The position numbers and the translations under genes were made by a program. Positions 62,948-64,000 of a DNA stretch of 64,000 nt are shown here, one piece after another. This DNA is from Amoebidium appalachense (taxonomy: Eukaryota > Protista > Ichthyosporea), in contig CAVNZM010000013.1 in NCBI GenBank assembly GCA_963693365.1, positions 6,646,213-6,710,212 of the forward strand, in the 5' to 3' direction. The notes under the pieces are model-generated. The model was not told where the DNA came from. It saw only the letters and a list, made by a program, of their open reading frames with translations, and made no database searches. Numbering within the stretch: position 1 is the stretch's first letter; every line of letters starts with the position of its first letter.

Positions 62948-63422
62948 ACAACTGTACACATGAACTGTACATGTTTACTAAAGAATGTGATCTACTAGCA
63001 CACGATTCGTGCTTTGTAATGAATATCACATAAATATTATGTCCGCACCAATAGGACTCACTCTGACCTAAGAATTGAACCATATATGGTTCTTCCGCTG
63101 CATACCACATAAACGAAGTGAACCAATAAGAGGTTTGCATAAATAGGACAAAGGTCTGACTGGCTCGGACCGCACCAGAATCACGAATGGCATGTTACCA
63201 CCCGCGCTGGCCGCGGATGAACCAATCCTGGGCCTTGATCCGAAACCTGGGGGCTATATAAGAAAGCCGTCCCAGTACGGGGATCACATCAGTGAAGTCT
63301 GAGACAGACTGAGTCGGCCCATAGTAAAAGCAACCTGGCCGCGTGTGCCTTTCTACCCGTTCTCTGTCTTTATTTTGATTCAGTTGTACTCTGCCTTATC
63401 CTAACTAGTCCAACTGTTTACA
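62943..63422 (+). mobile_element. 5' LTR (480 bp) of an LTR retrotransposon
   Basis: Perfect terminal inverted repeats TGTAAACA...TGTTTACA, CCAAT at 63222, TATATAA at 63255, immediately followed by a PBS. Confidence 0.8.
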
Positions 63423-63526
63423 TTGGCGACCGCGGCAGGACACTGTTTTACATTGCCAACTGTTTACATTGGCGACCGCGGCAGGACACTGTTTTACATT
63501 GCCAACTGTTTACATTGGCGACCGCG
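63410..63526 (+). repeat. 46-bp tandem repeat (2.5 copies) spanning the LTR end and PBS
   Basis: Unit CCAACTGTTTACATTGGCGACCGCGGCAGGACACTGTTTTACATTG at 63410, 63456 and 63502 (partial). Confidence 0.92.
63424..63440 (+). promoter_or_regulatory. Primer-binding site, probably tRNA-Ser
   Basis: TGGCGACCGCGGCAGGA is complementary to a tRNA 3' end TCCTGCCGCGGTCG-CCA; the G discriminator and TCCTGCC are typical of eukaryotic tRNA-Ser. Confidence 0.72.
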
Positions 63527-64000
63527 CAGTTCAAGAATCTCGCATCCTTCGAATCTCACATCTTTCAATCACATCTTTCAACCAGTTCAAGAATCTCACA
63601 TCTTTCAATCAGCTCAAGAATCTCCCATGGCCGATCACAATGCTTTTTACCCCGATGATAGGCACATCTTCCCTTGTCCGGCTTAGAATATATACACCGA
63701 CAAGTTTGAAGTGGCCAGCCCACCTACACGGAAAGAATTGAAAACATGTAAAACGGCTTTTGCTACGACACAAAAAAAAATGTGAAGAAAAACGAATACA
63801 CAACGAAACAACGAATACACGAACAAACGAATAAAGAATTGCTAACGAAGCAATGAACCAACGAAAAACGAACCATCACGAATACACAACGAAATAACGA
63901 ATTAACGACAAACGAATGCGTAGAGGAAATACGAAATAAACGCAACACGAAAATAAAACGAAGGAACGAAGTTATGAAACGACGAAAAACGAAAAACGAA

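Noticed and set aside
63627-64000. gag ORF after the PBS
   Set aside because: The ATG frame is interrupted by several stops and runs into AACGAA-rich low-complexity sequence; no recognisable motif within the window.

Overview
Eukaryotic genomic DNA whose introns are swollen with poly(C)/poly(G), (CA)n/(GT)n and minisatellites; most entries in the supplied ORF track are low-complexity artefacts, so genes were rebuilt by hand from splice sites and reading phase. 1-46 kb looks like host chromosome: the 3' end of a non-LTR retrotransposon, a 5-exon ankyrin gene (-), a ~20-exon LEO1 (PAF1 complex) gene (+), an 11-exon class C GPCR with a PstS-like periplasmic-binding ectodomain (-), and an intron-containing bacterial-type glutaminase (-). 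Introns of all four genes carry copies of a structured repeat (full length ~350 nt) that is always sense to the host gene and typically ends in poly(C). From ~46.3 kb the architecture changes to a gene-dense island that looks like an endogenised giant-virus fragment: a C3H zinc-motif gene, small membrane proteins, a coiled-coil gene, a 7-exon KDM4-like JmjN/JmjC demethylase with intact catalytic residues, a CxxC-repeat protein, a 587-aa intronless orphan and an IS607-type serine recombinase. The recombinase is cut off by the 5' LTR of an LTR retrotransposon with a triplicated LTR-end/PBS junction. No hallmark viral gene (capsid, PolB, A32) is visible in the window, so the viral origin is inferred, not proven.
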